A stretch of 64,000 nucleotides of DNA from an uncultured Nitrospiraceae bacterium (GTDB taxonomy: Bacteria; Nitrospirota; Nitrospiria; Nitrospirales; Nitrospiraceae), in the NCBI GenBank assembly GCA_963846575.1, contig CAWJWJ010000002.1:2208001-2272000 (forward strand). Direction: 5' to 3'. The position numbers were made by a program, and so were the translations under genes. The notes beneath the pieces are model-generated. The model ran no database searches and was not told where the DNA came from. It saw only the letters and a program-made list of their open reading frames with translations. Of the stretch, positions 1 to 10,115 are shown piece after piece. Every line of letters starts with the position of its first letter. The first letter of the stretch is position 1.

Positions 1-2165
1 ATACTCGCCAATACCTGCATGTCTGCGAGCGGTAGCACCGGCGGAGCATCTATGATCACATAATCGAACTTCTCTTTTAACTCTGAGATTAAATCAGCCA
101 ACTGATGCATCTTAGACAGTGCCAGGGGATTATCCCCGACACCCCCTGCGGTCAGAATCCATGGTCCTACCTCACCAAGTCGCTGCACACAGTCTTCAAC
201 GACCTTGGTCCCACGCAGCACCTCTGCTAATCCCGGCTGCTGCCAAACGCCCGCATAGATGTGTTGCATGGGACGTTTCAGATCACAATCAATGACTATA
301 GTTCTGCGATCAAGGTCCTTAGCTAAAACATAGCCCAAATTAAGTGCCGTCGAGGACTTTCCTTCTCCCATCACAGCGCTTGTCACAACTATTGCCGTGC
401 TCTTGCGATCTCCGGTCATTAGCTCAAGCCGCGTGGCCGCAACACGATACTGCTCCGCCACAAATGAGAGCGGTCTCCACATGGACACTAGCTCGAGGCC
501 CGGTGTTGGATTTTGAAGCTGGCCATTTTGTATTCTGTGTTTTCCGACCGTAATGGCAGGAAGCCCTCTCCTAGAATTTAAGTCTTCAGCTATTTCCCCG
601 TGACCGGAAGGCAATAAAGGCGAGAGGCGATTTTTGCCCGACAGTGCCCGTACAGTCTGCATCGTTCCGCCAAATGCGCTCTCATACAGTGGAATGGAAG
701 CAATAACGGGAAGGCCTAATGTAAGTTCAACCTCTTCGGCTGAGCGGAAACCTCGGCCCATAAGTTCAAGACCAACAGCTCCCCCAAAACCTAACGCGCA
801 CCCTAACACAAGTCCTGCCACCATAATGAGCGGTATATTGGGAACGATCGGAACGACGGGGGTGTACGCTGGGTCCACGATGCTAAATTTTGCCCCCTTG
901 CGACCCTGTGCCAAGCTCTTTTGCATTCCCGCACTTAGTTTCTTGTCTAGTAGCGATTGATAGTTCTTCTGAAGGTTTTCGTAGTCTCTTTCCAGAGTCT
1001 TCAGCTTTTGCTCTCGTTCCGGGGTATGCTCCACTCGTCGCTCATACTGCGAAATTTCTAAGGAGATATGCGCTTGATGGCGCTTAACTGCGTCCAATTC
1101 GAGAAGGATATCCTCTCTCTGTTTCAGCAACTCAGCATGATAAGGGTCAAGGGCCTTCCTTTTGGACCTCCTCGTTGCAGACGGTTCCTCACTAGCGTCG
1201 CTGTCCGGCAATAAATCACGATATTGGGCTGACGTCATCTCCTTGAGTTTTTTGATCTCTTCTTTGACTTGGACGAGATCTGGATACGTTTCCTTGTACA
1301 TTGAAGACAATTCCACCAAACGCCGCTCTAATTCCTTGATTCTTCCTAGGCGAGGATCCTTATTCCGCTTGAGAGATCCCCCACTGGGAGAATCATTAAT
1401 CTCCCCAGTCTCCTCGTAGTCCTTTATTGCTTTGTCAACTTGGCTCAAACGGTTCGCCAGATTCTGCGCCTGTTCGCTCTGTGATCTCCTGTCATCTTGA
1501 AGTCTGTCTAGCTTACGAAGATTGGCATCGATCTGCTGAGGGAGTTCACCCAAGTGTTGCTGCTTGAATTCCGAAATAATCTTTTCTTTGACCTCGAGTT
1601 CCGCCTTCGCGTGCTTAAGTTCCAACCCCAGAAAGTCCTCGGCAGCTTCTACTCCACGCTCCCGGTCCTTTAACGTTTCTTCAATAAATAAGTCGCTGAG
1701 TCTGGACGTTACGTCCCGAGCAATAATGGGATCTTCGTTAGAAAACGACAGGGTGATAAACAGTTTGTCCTTAGTGGGTTCAACCTTGATAGAGCCTCGC
1801 ATGGCGCGGATGGCATTCTCTGAATCGGCACCCTCAGGACGGTCCTTATCATAACCAAACAAGCCGAATTCTCCCGCAATCTGTCCCAGGGTTTTTCTCC
1901 CCATCACAAATTGCCGTACTTCCATAACACGGTCATCGAGAGTTGGGGCATATGCCCCACCCGCTGGATTGGGACCGCTCACAATTGATTCTTCTATCTT
2001 TGCACCCTCGAACCACATTTTTGTCGCAGATTGGTACACTTTGGGTACTAGTGCACACACCACGCCGGCAATGCTCAAGGAGACCAGTACTGCGGAAATT
2101 ACCAACCATTTGCGGCTGACAACTGCCCGCCAATAATCCTCTGGAGATAGCGTACGCATGTTCAT
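1..2165 (-). CDS. Wzc-type polysaccharide co-polymerase / BY-kinase fusion (3' end runs off the window)
   Basis: Not in the ORF track. Manual translation gives MNMRTLSPEDYWRAVVSRKWLVISAVLVSLSIAG (Wzz-like N-terminal TM). The same frame later gives VTSAVMGEGKSST (Walker A), VIDCDLKRP and YVIIDAPP (CpsD/CapB kinase motifs). ATGA overlap with the upstream stop. Confidence 0.88.
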   Translation of the reverse strand, partial: MNMRTLSPEDYWRAVVSRKWLVISAVLVSLSIAGVVCALVPKVYQSATKMWFEGAKIEESIVSGPNPAGGAYAPTLDDRVMEVRQFVMGRKTLGQIAGEFGLFGYDKDRPEGADSENAIRAMRGSIKVEPTKDKLFITLSFSNEDPIIARDVTSRLSDLFIEETLKDRERGVEAAEDFLGLELKHAKAELEVKEKIISEFKQQHLGELPQQIDANLRKLDRLQDDRRSQSEQAQNLANRLSQVDKAIKDYEETGEINDSPSGGSLKRNKDPRLGRIKELERRLVELSSMYKETYPDLVQVKEEIKKLKEMTSAQYRDLLPDSDASEEPSATRRSKRKALDPYHAELLKQREDILLELDAVKRHQAHISLEISQYERRVEHTPEREQKLKTLERDYENLQKNYQSLLDKKLSAGMQKSLAQGRKGAKFSIVDPAYTPVVPIVPNIPLIMVAGLVLGCALGFGGAVGLELMGRGFRSAEEVELTLGLPVIASIPLYESAFGGTMQTVRALSGKNRLSPLLPSGHGEIAEDLNSRRGLPAITVGKHRIQNGQLQNPTPGLELVSMWRPLSFVAEQYRVAATRLELMTGDRKSTAIVVTSAVMGEGKSSTALNLGYVLAKDLDRRTIVIDCDLKRPMQHIYAGVWQQPGLAEVLRGTKVVEDCVQRLGEVGPWILTAGGVGDNPLALSKMHQLADLISELKEKFDYVIIDAPPVLPLADMQVLAS

Positions 2166-3715
2166 TTCTTTATCTCGACTCCGCCTGACCCAGGTTTGCC
2201 TAAACCGGAAGATGATCCCCCAGATGACCCTTCCCAAAAAGCACCAGAACGGAAAAAATCTCCACGCGGCGCGTACGCATATGTAAACGCTAGAAGGATT
2301 ACTTGCTTCGAGATCCCCAAATCCTGAACACCTGCAGAATTTGTTTGATTATCAAAATTAAGCCATTGGTGACTAAGCCTAGCCGTAAAGGTGGGTGTAA
2401 TGAGGTAGTTAAACGATACCGTCGTACCATACGTGGTGAAGGTCGTACCAATGCTGTCCGAAGTGTAACTACTGCGGGCATAATTCAAGAACGCCTGAGC
2501 AGTCAGTTTGTCTGTGATGCCAGCCGTGCTCCCTAAAGAAACTAAATGCGTATATATAGGTCCCGCTGATTGAACAAAACTTGGGTATACTCCGAGATTA
2601 TAAATGAGGCTCAATTGATAAGACCCAGGGGTTGCGATACCGCCCGGCATATTCATCCCAGCTAGTAGTGGAAGAAAGCTCCCCCCCCCGGATACCGCTC
2701 CTGAGATTTCTCGCATGTCGCTTCCTAGCTTCCTCAGAAATGACGAGCCTGAAGCATAAGTTATGTTAAAGCCACCGGTCGGAAAAATTGTGGCGGGAAT
2801 TCGTCGCTGCCCGCCATTGGCGGAGGAGTCGGGGATCGGTTCGATCAACGTAAGGCCACCATTAAGGCCAGAACTCAGCTCTTGGGTCCAGCTTCTTCCC
2901 CAACCTAATGTACCCCCATGTGTCGTATAATCGCCGAATTGCGCTTGGGAAGCCTGAGTAAATGTATACTTTACACTCAAGCTGTCAATTGCCGATATCC
3001 TCGAAGTTGGCCCCACGCTGATGGTGTGGGTGGTAGTATCGAAGACCGTACTTGACGGTTGTCCGCCAGCCGTAGCTGGTGGGGTAAATGCACCACCAAA
3101 ACTAAGCTGAGAGTATGTATATGCGGTTTGAAAGTCGGTAGTCGGAGAGAGTGAGTAAGAGTCCGTGAATCCAGCTTGATACATCGTGGTCCTAATTCGC
3201 TGAGTCAGAAGACCGGAATCAATAGGTCCAGCAATACTGAAACCACCGCTCCCAAAACCACCGCTCCCGACACCCCCGCCAAAGCCTCCCGCACCAAATG
3301 CCGATTGAGAAGGACTATACCTGTAGGCTCCAAATAGGCGAAATGCCTTCATTCGTGGCAAAACTCTGCTCACTGCCTGCGAAAGATCGATGCCAGCGGC
3401 AGCGTTAAACCCGACGTTATCAAGCTCCGAATTTCGTGCAAATTTTTGGATAACCGCCCCAACGGACAAATTTGTATTGATCAGCGTGTTACTCTGCGTG
3501 AAGTTTATCTGAGGAGTGAATGTCGAAATGAGATCATCGGCCTTTGTTCCTGTTGGAAGTTGTGACTTCGGAGCAAAGAACACATTTGTATCGTATTGCT
3601 CAATAATCGAGATTGATGGCACAATGCGTGTCTGTTGAGCAAAGCATTCAGCTCCGCTCCAGGTCGACGTAAGAGCCAGCGCCACAATCCACGTGCTAAT
3701 TCGGAAAAATTTCAA
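2162..3715 (-). CDS. Outer-membrane beta-barrel protein of an exopolysaccharide export locus
   Basis: Signal peptide-like N-terminus, then IVPSISIIEQYDTNVF and alternating aromatic beta-strands; lies between Wza-like and Wzc genes. Start uncertain: TTG at 3715 preferred because the track start 3931 overlaps the upstream gene by >200 nt. Confidence 0.7.
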   Translation of the reverse strand: MKFFRISTWIVALALTSTWSGAECFAQQTRIVPSISIIEQYDTNVFFAPKSQLPTGTKADDLISTFTPQINFTQSNTLINTNLSVGAVIQKFARNSELDNVGFNAAAGIDLSQAVSRVLPRMKAFRLFGAYRYSPSQSAFGAGGFGGGVGSGGFGSGGFSIAGPIDSGLLTQRIRTTMYQAGFTDSYSLSPTTDFQTAYTYSQLSFGGAFTPPATAGGQPSSTVFDTTTHTISVGPTSRISAIDSLSVKYTFTQASQAQFGDYTTHGGTLGWGRSWTQELSSGLNGGLTLIEPIPDSSANGGQRRIPATIFPTGGFNITYASGSSFLRKLGSDMREISGAVSGGGSFLPLLAGMNMPGGIATPGSYQLSLIYNLGVYPSFVQSAGPIYTHLVSLGSTAGITDKLTAQAFLNYARSSYTSDSIGTTFTTYGTTVSFNYLITPTFTARLSHQWLNFDNQTNSAGVQDLGISKQVILLAFTYAYAPRGDFFRSGAFWEGSSGGSSSGLGKPGSGGVEIKK

Positions 3716-3722
3716 GAACCGG

Positions 3723-4346
3723 TCACGGCACAACAATGACGTCACCAGCCTTGAGGAAGAAATTACCCTCCGAATTTTTCCCCTGAAGAATATCCTCATA
3801 TGGAACGGGGATCTGAACTTGCTTTGGCTGTCCTTGGCCATTAGGAACAACCCGAAGGACGTGGATCTTATTTCTTGATGCAAATGTGGTAAAGCCTCCT
3901 GCCAACGAAATGCCCTGCAAAACCGTGGCATACGACTTTAATGGAACTTTCCCCGGTTTTGAGACCTCTCCTAGCACATAGACATAATAACTATTAACCT
4001 CTTTCACCTGAACGGAGACGGTCGGATTCGACATGAATTCGGCTAGTCCATCTGCGATACGTTTGGCTAAAACATTAGATGTCATTCCAGCTGCCTGAAT
4101 ATCGCCGATCAATGGCATTGAGATCTTCCCATCAGGACGAATTATAACCTCCCGGGAAAGCTCTTGATTTCGCCATACGTTCACCACCAAGACATCTTCA
4201 GGACCCAACAAGAACTCATTTGGAGGGATGTATGTAACATTAAAATCGATCTGCTCGCTGCCAATCCAGCATCCCTGGAGCGCCAGCAGCAATCCTAGGA
4301 CAATACATACCCCCCCCCGTAACCTTCTGCAACCGAAAGTTTTCAA
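3723..4346 (-). CDS. Polysaccharide biosynthesis/export protein (Wza/Poly_export + SLBB), probable lipoprotein
   Basis: LGPEDVLVVNVW...IRPDGKISMPLIGDI Poly_export motif, VYVLGEV SLBB motif, lipobox-like LQGC. Confidence 0.9.
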   Translation of the reverse strand: MKTFGCRRLRGGVCIVLGLLLALQGCWIGSEQIDFNVTYIPPNEFLLGPEDVLVVNVWRNQELSREVIIRPDGKISMPLIGDIQAAGMTSNVLAKRIADGLAEFMSNPTVSVQVKEVNSYYVYVLGEVSKPGKVPLKSYATVLQGISLAGGFTTFASRNKIHVLRVVPNGQGQPKQVQIPVPYEDILQGKNSEGNFFLKAGDVIVVP

Positions 4347-4402
4347 TTCACCAACTCCTTTGATTCCACCTCGGAAAGTATCAAAAAAACCTTTATCACC
4401 GC

Positions 4403-5104
4403 CTATCTTGAGGGTAAGACAACCATAGTTTCGGAGGGCACAACGATCTGATCTCCCGGCTTTAACTCTATATTCTGATCTGACCCATCTCTCAAAACAA
4501 TGTCGTCATAACTTGCCTTTATCTTGTTTAGGCCTTCACCATCTTTTCCAAATCGAAACACAACAATCTTATTGCGCGCTGCAACCTGCGTAAAACCGTG
4601 CGCGATCGTAATTGCTTGCAACAAGGTTGTTTTACTCTTCAAAGGATACTTGCCTGGTGCGTTTACCTCGCCAAGAACATAAATTTGATAACTGTTCACT
4701 TCTTTAACAAGAATTGAAACTGTTGGGTTCTCCATATAAGACTTCAGACGTGCCGAGATCTCCTCGGTCAACTGAGCAGCTGTCCGGCCCACTGCCGAGA
4801 CGTCACCAATTAGCGGAAGAGAGATTCTGCCGTCAGGCCGAACTTGAACCTGTTTTGACAAATCGGCATTCTTCCAAACAGTGATTTCGAGAACGTCCTC
4901 AGGACCCATGATATAATCAGGCGTTACCGTGAGCGAAGACTTCTCAGCCCCTTCTACTCCGTGCCGGACCGCCGGTGGGTTAGCTCCTTGCGTAGATCCT
5001 GCCGCCAACACTATCATCGGTTCAGGAACTCTCTCCGTTGCGATCGCCTCATTTGTGAAGATCCCCGACCAAATACTTACCAGCAATAAAATCCTAACAT
5101 TCAT
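4403..5104 (-). CDS. Polysaccharide biosynthesis/export protein (Wza-like), second paralog
   Basis: YIMGPEDVLEITVW...VRPDGRISLPLIGDV, IYVLGEV; signal peptide; ATG 5104 preceded by a GGGGA RBS. Confidence 0.9.
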   Translation of the reverse strand: MNVRILLLVSIWSGIFTNEAIATERVPEPMIVLAAGSTQGANPPAVRHGVEGAEKSSLTVTPDYIMGPEDVLEITVWKNADLSKQVQVRPDGRISLPLIGDVSAVGRTAAQLTEEISARLKSYMENPTVSILVKEVNSYQIYVLGEVNAPGKYPLKSKTTLLQAITIAHGFTQVAARNKIVVFRFGKDGEGLNKIKASYDDIVLRDGSDQNIELKPGDQIVVPSETMVVLPSR

Positions 5105-5147
5105 AGCTGATTCCCCCTGAAAGATTTCCAAGCCGTACCACTAATTA

Positions 5148-5164
5148 AGCACTTACCATGCCAA
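5148..5164 (-). promoter_or_regulatory. Sigma-54 (-24/-12) promoter for the EPS export operon
   Basis: Minus strand TTGGCATGGTAAGTGCT: GG-N10-GC spacing, close to TGGCAC-N5-TTGC, ~45 nt upstream of the ATG at 5104. Confidence 0.65.
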
Positions 5165-5247
5165 GGCTATCTATTCCCTAGCAAGGAGAAATTTTAGACC
5201 AAGAAGAGATGACGCTTCACTTCCCGACGAGGCCAAAAGGCAATCAT

Positions 5248-5511
5248 CTAGACCAGCCAACCTTTGCCAAGTTGGCCTTCCTGCCAATGGAATCCGCATT
5301 GAACCATTGATCCTCTTACTTGATCTAATATCGGCTCTTGCTCCATAAGAATCAACATTCCACCATTACAAAGATTCAGGGCGAGAGCCTCCCCGCAAAA
5401 GCTCTTTACCTTCGCTCCTATTAGAAAGTAACAACTCGTGAAGAATTTGGTCGAAGGCGCGCCATTCGTTCGGCATGCCTCTGACCTGCTGGGATCATTG
5501 ACCGATCCCAC
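5248..5511 (-). pseudogene. Possible degenerate PilZ-like fragment
   Basis: GEALALNLCNGGMLILMEQEP resembles the PilZ (D/N)xSxxG strand; no RxxxR motif, short, no convincing start. Confidence 0.3.
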
Positions 5512-5791
5512 CGTCCCTCGACCGAAATGCGCTCCTCACCATCATGGAGGTCAAGCGCGACCCTCACTTCTCCCCGTATCCATTTAATATTCGTGATTCT
5601 GGTCGTAAGAATGCCAGGATTCCGGTTGCCAACAGCTGATCGTTTCTCAGCCGAGCTCCCCTAAATACCAAGCTGTTCTTGTTCCTGAACAGACTAGAAG
5701 TATAGAGCCAATGAAGAAAACGAACAATACCAACCATGTACCACCATTTATCTCGGAAGTATAGTTTGACTACCTCGAAAGTATTATGTAG

Positions 5792-5805
5792 CATTACTAG
5801 TAATG
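5792..5805. promoter_or_regulatory. Perfect 14-bp palindrome, candidate operator
   Basis: CATTACTAGTAATG in the AT-rich divergent region upstream of the LuxR gene. Confidence 0.35.
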
Positions 5806-5872
5806 GTTAGATGTAGGTTACCAGAAATCAATCCAATGTCTACATAGATCAACATCCATACGGAGAACCCCC

Positions 5873-6484
5873 GTGGCTCAAAATGCAGTCAACCATCAGG
5901 ACCCCGCTGATAACATAGCTGATCAACGTACAGGCGCTGGCATCGTCGTCCTATCTTCGTCCATGCAGCTATTGCACATGAACCGGCAGGCTGCTGAACT
6001 TTCCAAACTTATAAATATGACGGAAAACGGCGGAACTCCCGCCAAAGCTGCCCATGGAGTACTCCCTGCCGCACTCACAGAACTCTGTGCAGAGCTACTA
6101 AAGGCACTCCAGGTTCGTACCGAAGCGAAGGATTGGGAACAGTTTGAGGTTAAACGAATTGCAGGAAATCCGAATCAACCCGTATTGCTTCGTGGGTTTG
6201 GACTTCCAGATCGGGAAGGCGTTCAGCATGCCCGCCTCGTCATAACACTGGAAGAACTCGGGCGCCGCCAACAGCTCAATACCGACCAAGCAAAGGAGCG
6301 CTTTCAGCTTACAAATCGAGAACAGTCGGTTGTGGAGAACCTTGCAAAAGGCTGGACCAATAAAGAAATAGCCAATGCACTCAAAATAACCGAACAAACT
6401 GTGAAGGAACATATTAAACACATCATGCGAAAAACAAATTCCACCACACGAACAGGAGTACTAGTTCAAGTGTTCCGCTCTTGA
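5873..6484 (+). CDS. LuxR-family HTH transcriptional regulator with PAS-like N-terminus
   Basis: C-terminal LTNREQSVVENLAKGWTNKEIANALKITEQTVKEHIKHIMRK; GTG start after GGAG. Confidence 0.9.
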   Translation: MAQNAVNHQDPADNIADQRTGAGIVVLSSSMQLLHMNRQAAELSKLINMTENGGTPAKAAHGVLPAALTELCAELLKALQVRTEAKDWEQFEVKRIAGNPNQPVLLRGFGLPDREGVQHARLVITLEELGRRQQLNTDQAKERFQLTNREQSVVENLAKGWTNKEIANALKITEQTVKEHIKHIMRKTNSTTRTGVLVQVFRS

Positions 6485-7230
6485 CCTTTGACTCCGCCAC
6501 TTCTCGACTTCAGTCCGAGCAAATCCGAGCTTTGACGGATCCTTGTTATGGTATAACTCCTCCCCCACAGATTCTTTCGCACGAAGGAGTTCACCACCTT
6601 ACTCAATATCAGCTGACTCCTATTCATTAGGTCACTAGTTTTGACGCACCGACCATTCCGAATCACACTCACACTTGCCGCTATCCCTGCAGCCCACTCT
6701 CCTATCTACCGCATCAGAAGGTAGGCAGAGCGCCACCCTGTCCCTTGAGATGAAGTACTCAAATTTCGATTGAGCTTCAATGGCAAATCGCCAAACTCAG
6801 AGAGAAATGAGCAACGTTCCGAAATAACCCGTCACACACTGAACCTTATCCCGCCTTCAATAGGCCCGCCAGCGCATGATCGTGAAGGAACTTTGGCATC
6901 ATCGTGACCGCCCCTTTCAACCTCAAACCTAGAACTTCTCATTTCGTTAATGCCACATCAGGGGTTATTTCCTCTGAACACAGACAGTGAGCGCTATTAA
7001 TCGGCCTTGCCCGTCAAGGTCGTCAATGAGGGTGACACAGGACCCGAACGGTCCCTGACTCTTGACGCTCTACCGCAAGGAGAGTTTGATCGCTCATTGG
7101 TCCCATTTTGTTATTGCAGATTCTGCTCAAGTCATCAAAACCTGCAGTATAATCGTGCGTTCGCCCATCAGGTCAAAATCGCTATCCACGGTTCACATGA
7201 CCACGTACCCCTCGCAAAAGAATAGCCACC

Positions 7231-8373
7231 TCAGTCCCTTGCAACCGATCCATCGATGAACTCCATGAATGCTCTCTTGTTCTCGGCAGGTGTGGTGGTT
7301 GGCCGGCCCAGGTCTTTTCTTGCCCCGCAGTGAACGCGCACTTCTAGTAGACCAGGTCCATCAGAGGCCTTTAGAGACAACAACGCCGGACGAAGCTCCT
7401 CACTAGTCTGGACTCGAGCGGCAAACACGTAGCCAGAAGCACGGGCAAGACCAAGAATATCCACGAATAGCCCTGCCGTCGGTTGCCCGCCAACTGAGTC
7501 GTGAGCTCCATTATTCAGGATGATGTGTTTTAGATTACCCGGCTTGAGGGATCCATTAATGGACAATGCGCCCATGTGCATCAAGAGAGCGCCGTCCCCG
7601 TCAAGACAGTACACGCTCCGCTGCGGATCGTGTAGAGCAATACCCAGTGCGATTTGAGAAGCGTGTCCCATCCCTCCCACAGTTAGAAAATCTCGTTGAT
7701 GGCCTTCACCCTTTTTATCACGACATTCGTACACTTCTCGGGAACACATGCCTGTGGTGGAGACGACCACGTCGCTTGCGTCGAGAGTATCTATCACCTT
7801 ATGGATCGCCTCTTCTCGGGAAAGCTTGAATTCCGATTGTCCTGGCCTCGCAATCTTAAAAGACTTGAAGGTTCCTTTCTTGACTACGAGCGCATAAGGC
7901 GCACTAGCCTTTCGAACGTAGCCAAGAGCGTCAGCCAGAATGGGATCCACATGATCCACATCCGGCCCGATAATGGAATAGGGAACTTCCATTGCCTCCA
8001 GCATGGGAAGCATTACCCGCCCCTGCTTCTTGTGTTGCGGCTCATCATGGACGCCTGGTTCACCTCGCCAACCGATAACCAGCAGCATGGGAATGCCGTA
8101 CACCTCGCTATCAGCTAAAGACAACAAGGGATTAACAACGTTGCCTAAACCGGAGTTTTGCATGTAGACCAAAGGGGTCTTGCCTGTCGCCAAGTGGTAA
8201 CCGAGCGCCAACGATACGGCGCCCCCTTCGTTGGCAGCGACGATGTGTTGATCAGCGCGAGAAAGACTCTCCAAGCAGCTACAAAAATCCTTCAGAAGTG
8301 AATCCGGCACACCGGCATAAAAATCAACTGCATTTGCCTGGAGACTTGTGAGGAATTCCTCTGGATCAATCAT
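7231..8373 (-). CDS. aepY: Phosphonopyruvate decarboxylase
   Basis: FYAGVPDSLLK, ANEGGAV, YMQNSGLGN, DEPQH, TPP motif GDGALLMHMG...NN; directly downstream of PEP mutase. Confidence 0.95.
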   Translation of the reverse strand: MIDPEEFLTSLQANAVDFYAGVPDSLLKDFCSCLESLSRADQHIVAANEGGAVSLALGYHLATGKTPLVYMQNSGLGNVVNPLLSLADSEVYGIPMLLVIGWRGEPGVHDEPQHKKQGRVMLPMLEAMEVPYSIIGPDVDHVDPILADALGYVRKASAPYALVVKKGTFKSFKIARPGQSEFKLSREEAIHKVIDTLDASDVVVSTTGMCSREVYECRDKKGEGHQRDFLTVGGMGHASQIALGIALHDPQRSVYCLDGDGALLMHMGALSINGSLKPGNLKHIILNNGAHDSVGGQPTAGLFVDILGLARASGYVFAARVQTSEELRPALLSLKASDGPGLLEVRVHCGARKDLGRPTTTPAENKRAFMEFIDGSVARD

Positions 8374-8480
8374 GCGGTGGTAACTCCGAAATATGTAGGT
8401 TGGCTGTGGGCGAGAACTATCAACGTCAAAACCGATTCACCATCTAACAAGCACTCTCCATCCCTGTTCCAAGGGGAGCC

Positions 8481-10115
8481 TCAAAAGTTTCCTGCTTGAA
8501 TGACATCCTCAAGGCTATTGATGTCCAGCCAATGCCCGACTGTATAGAGGACTCGCACGGGCTGTTGCCGCTTCAGCAATTCTTGGAGTAACTGTGGAAC
8601 GCCGGCTTGCCGATTCATCGGATCGGCCAGCATCTCCCCAAGAATCTCCTGAATTTGGCTGGTCGCGCTGGAAGAAAGCTTAAGAAAACCCATCCACACT
8701 CCGTGAATGGTTTCGCCTGAAACATTCTTCCCCAATTGCTTGAGGTAGACCTTCGCATTGAAGGCCTTCCGCGTATTCTGAACGGTACATTCGACAAATC
8801 CGTCAAGACGGGCATAGCTGGTACGCTCCTGCCAGTTGCTATCCACGAAAACTACACAATCATCTTGTTCCTGACATAACGTCTGTGGAATATATTTATT
8901 AAATAAGACATCGCCATACGAAATAATCGTTGGCTGAACGGGTCCCTTTCGAGATTGCAGCGCCTTCAAGAGGGAATACAGCTCACCGGTTTCCGAAAAT
9001 TCATCATTGTCGACGTAGGTCAGGTTGGGAAGATCGACCGACTCTTTCCTATACCCTCGAACGACGAGAACATCTTTGATTCCGACCGCATGGTAGGCGT
9101 CCACTATGTGACTCAGAATCGGAGCGCCTTGAATTTTAACCATGGTCTTCGGTTGTGCTTCTGTGAGTTCGCCCAGTTCCTCGCCTCGAGAGGCGGCAAG
9201 AACCACTGCTGAGGTGCCCTCCGCGCCGCGAGGCAAGTAGCGTTCCTCCGCCTCCATCAATTCCGCTGCGTTCTGCAGTCGAAATATTTCAGAAACTGGG
9301 ACCACTTTGTCTTCAATTGAGAGCAAATGTTCGCTCTCCTTGAGAGCTCGTGCGGTTTTCTGCATTGCGGCCACAGCTGCTCGCAACATGTGGTTGGCCC
9401 ATATCACCATTGAAAACCCGTGTTGGCGGAACACATCAGTTGGAGTGGAATAATACTTAGTTGGCACGATCACGACCGGGCATCGATCCGCCCACTCGCG
9501 CTTAAATGCGAGGATTTCATCAGGAACGGAGAGTGCACTGTGAATGAGAATGCCGTCCGCGCCGGCTTCATAATAGGCCTCGGCCCGACGTAGCGCCTCC
9601 GCCAGACCCCAGCCGCAGATAAACGCCTCGATTCGGGCAATAATGCTGAAGTCAGGGTCGGTTTGCGCATCTTTGCCGGCCTTAATTTTTCCACAGAATT
9701 CATGCATATCCGCGAGAGGCTGGGCATCTCCTTTGAGAAAACTATTTGTCTTCGGGAACAATTTGTCCTCAATGCAAACCGCCGCGATGTTGCGTTGCTC
9801 AAGTTTCCTGATCAACCGCTGCATGTTATTGAAATTGCCATATCCGGTATCTCCATCGAGAAGAATCGGGATTTTGGTGGCGTCGGACATGAACTCGAGA
9901 TCCTCCAACACCTGAGTCCAGCTCGCCTCGTTGTTGTCACGGACACCAAACTGGGCTGAGATAGAGAGACCGCTGGCCCAAATGCCGCGGAACCCTGCCT
10001 CTTGGACAATTTTGGCGCTGAGGCCATTGTGCGCCTCACAAATGAATTCCAGCTGCTCCGACAGAAGGAGCTCTCTGAACTCACGGGCCTTGCTCGGCAC
10101 TAATCTCGAATTCAT
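8481..10115 (-). CDS. aepX: Phosphoenolpyruvate mutase fused to a C-terminal nucleotidyltransferase (LicC/PntC-like)
   Basis: PepM signature [10 protein letters not shown] (EDKx5NS), [16 protein letters not shown]-terminal VVLAASRG...[11 protein letters not shown]-transferase motif; ATG at 10115 preferred. Confidence 0.95.
   Translation of the reverse strand: MNSRLVPSKAREFRELLLSEQLEFICEAHNGLSAKIVQEAGFRGIWASGLSISAQFGVRDNNEASWTQVLEDLEFMSDATKIPILLDGDTGYGNFNNMQRLIRKLEQRNIAAVCIEDKLFPKTNSFLKGDAQPLADMHEFCGKIKAGKDAQTDPDFSIIARIEAFICGWGLAEALRRAEAYYEAGADGILIHSALSVPDEILAFKREWADRCPVVIVPTKYYSTPTDVFRQHGFSMVIWANHMLRAAVAAMQKTARALKESEHLLSIEDKVVPVSEIFRLQNAAELMEAEERYLPRGAEGTSAVVLAASRGEELGELTEAQPKTMVKIQGAPILSHIVDAYHAVGIKDVLVVRGYRKESVDLPNLTYVDNDEFSETGELYSLLKALQSRKGPVQPTIISYGDVLFNKYIPQTLCQEQDDCVVFVDSNWQERTSYARLDGFVECTVQNTRKAFNAKVYLKQLGKNVSGETIHGVWMGFLKLSSSATSQIQEILGEMLADPMNRQAGVPQLLQELLKRQQPVRVLYTVGHWLDINSLEDVIQAGNF

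Noticed and set aside
3716..3931. N-terminal extension of the 589-aa ORF as a real overlap
   Set aside because: Lies within the Wza-like gene; the signal peptide begins only near 3715.
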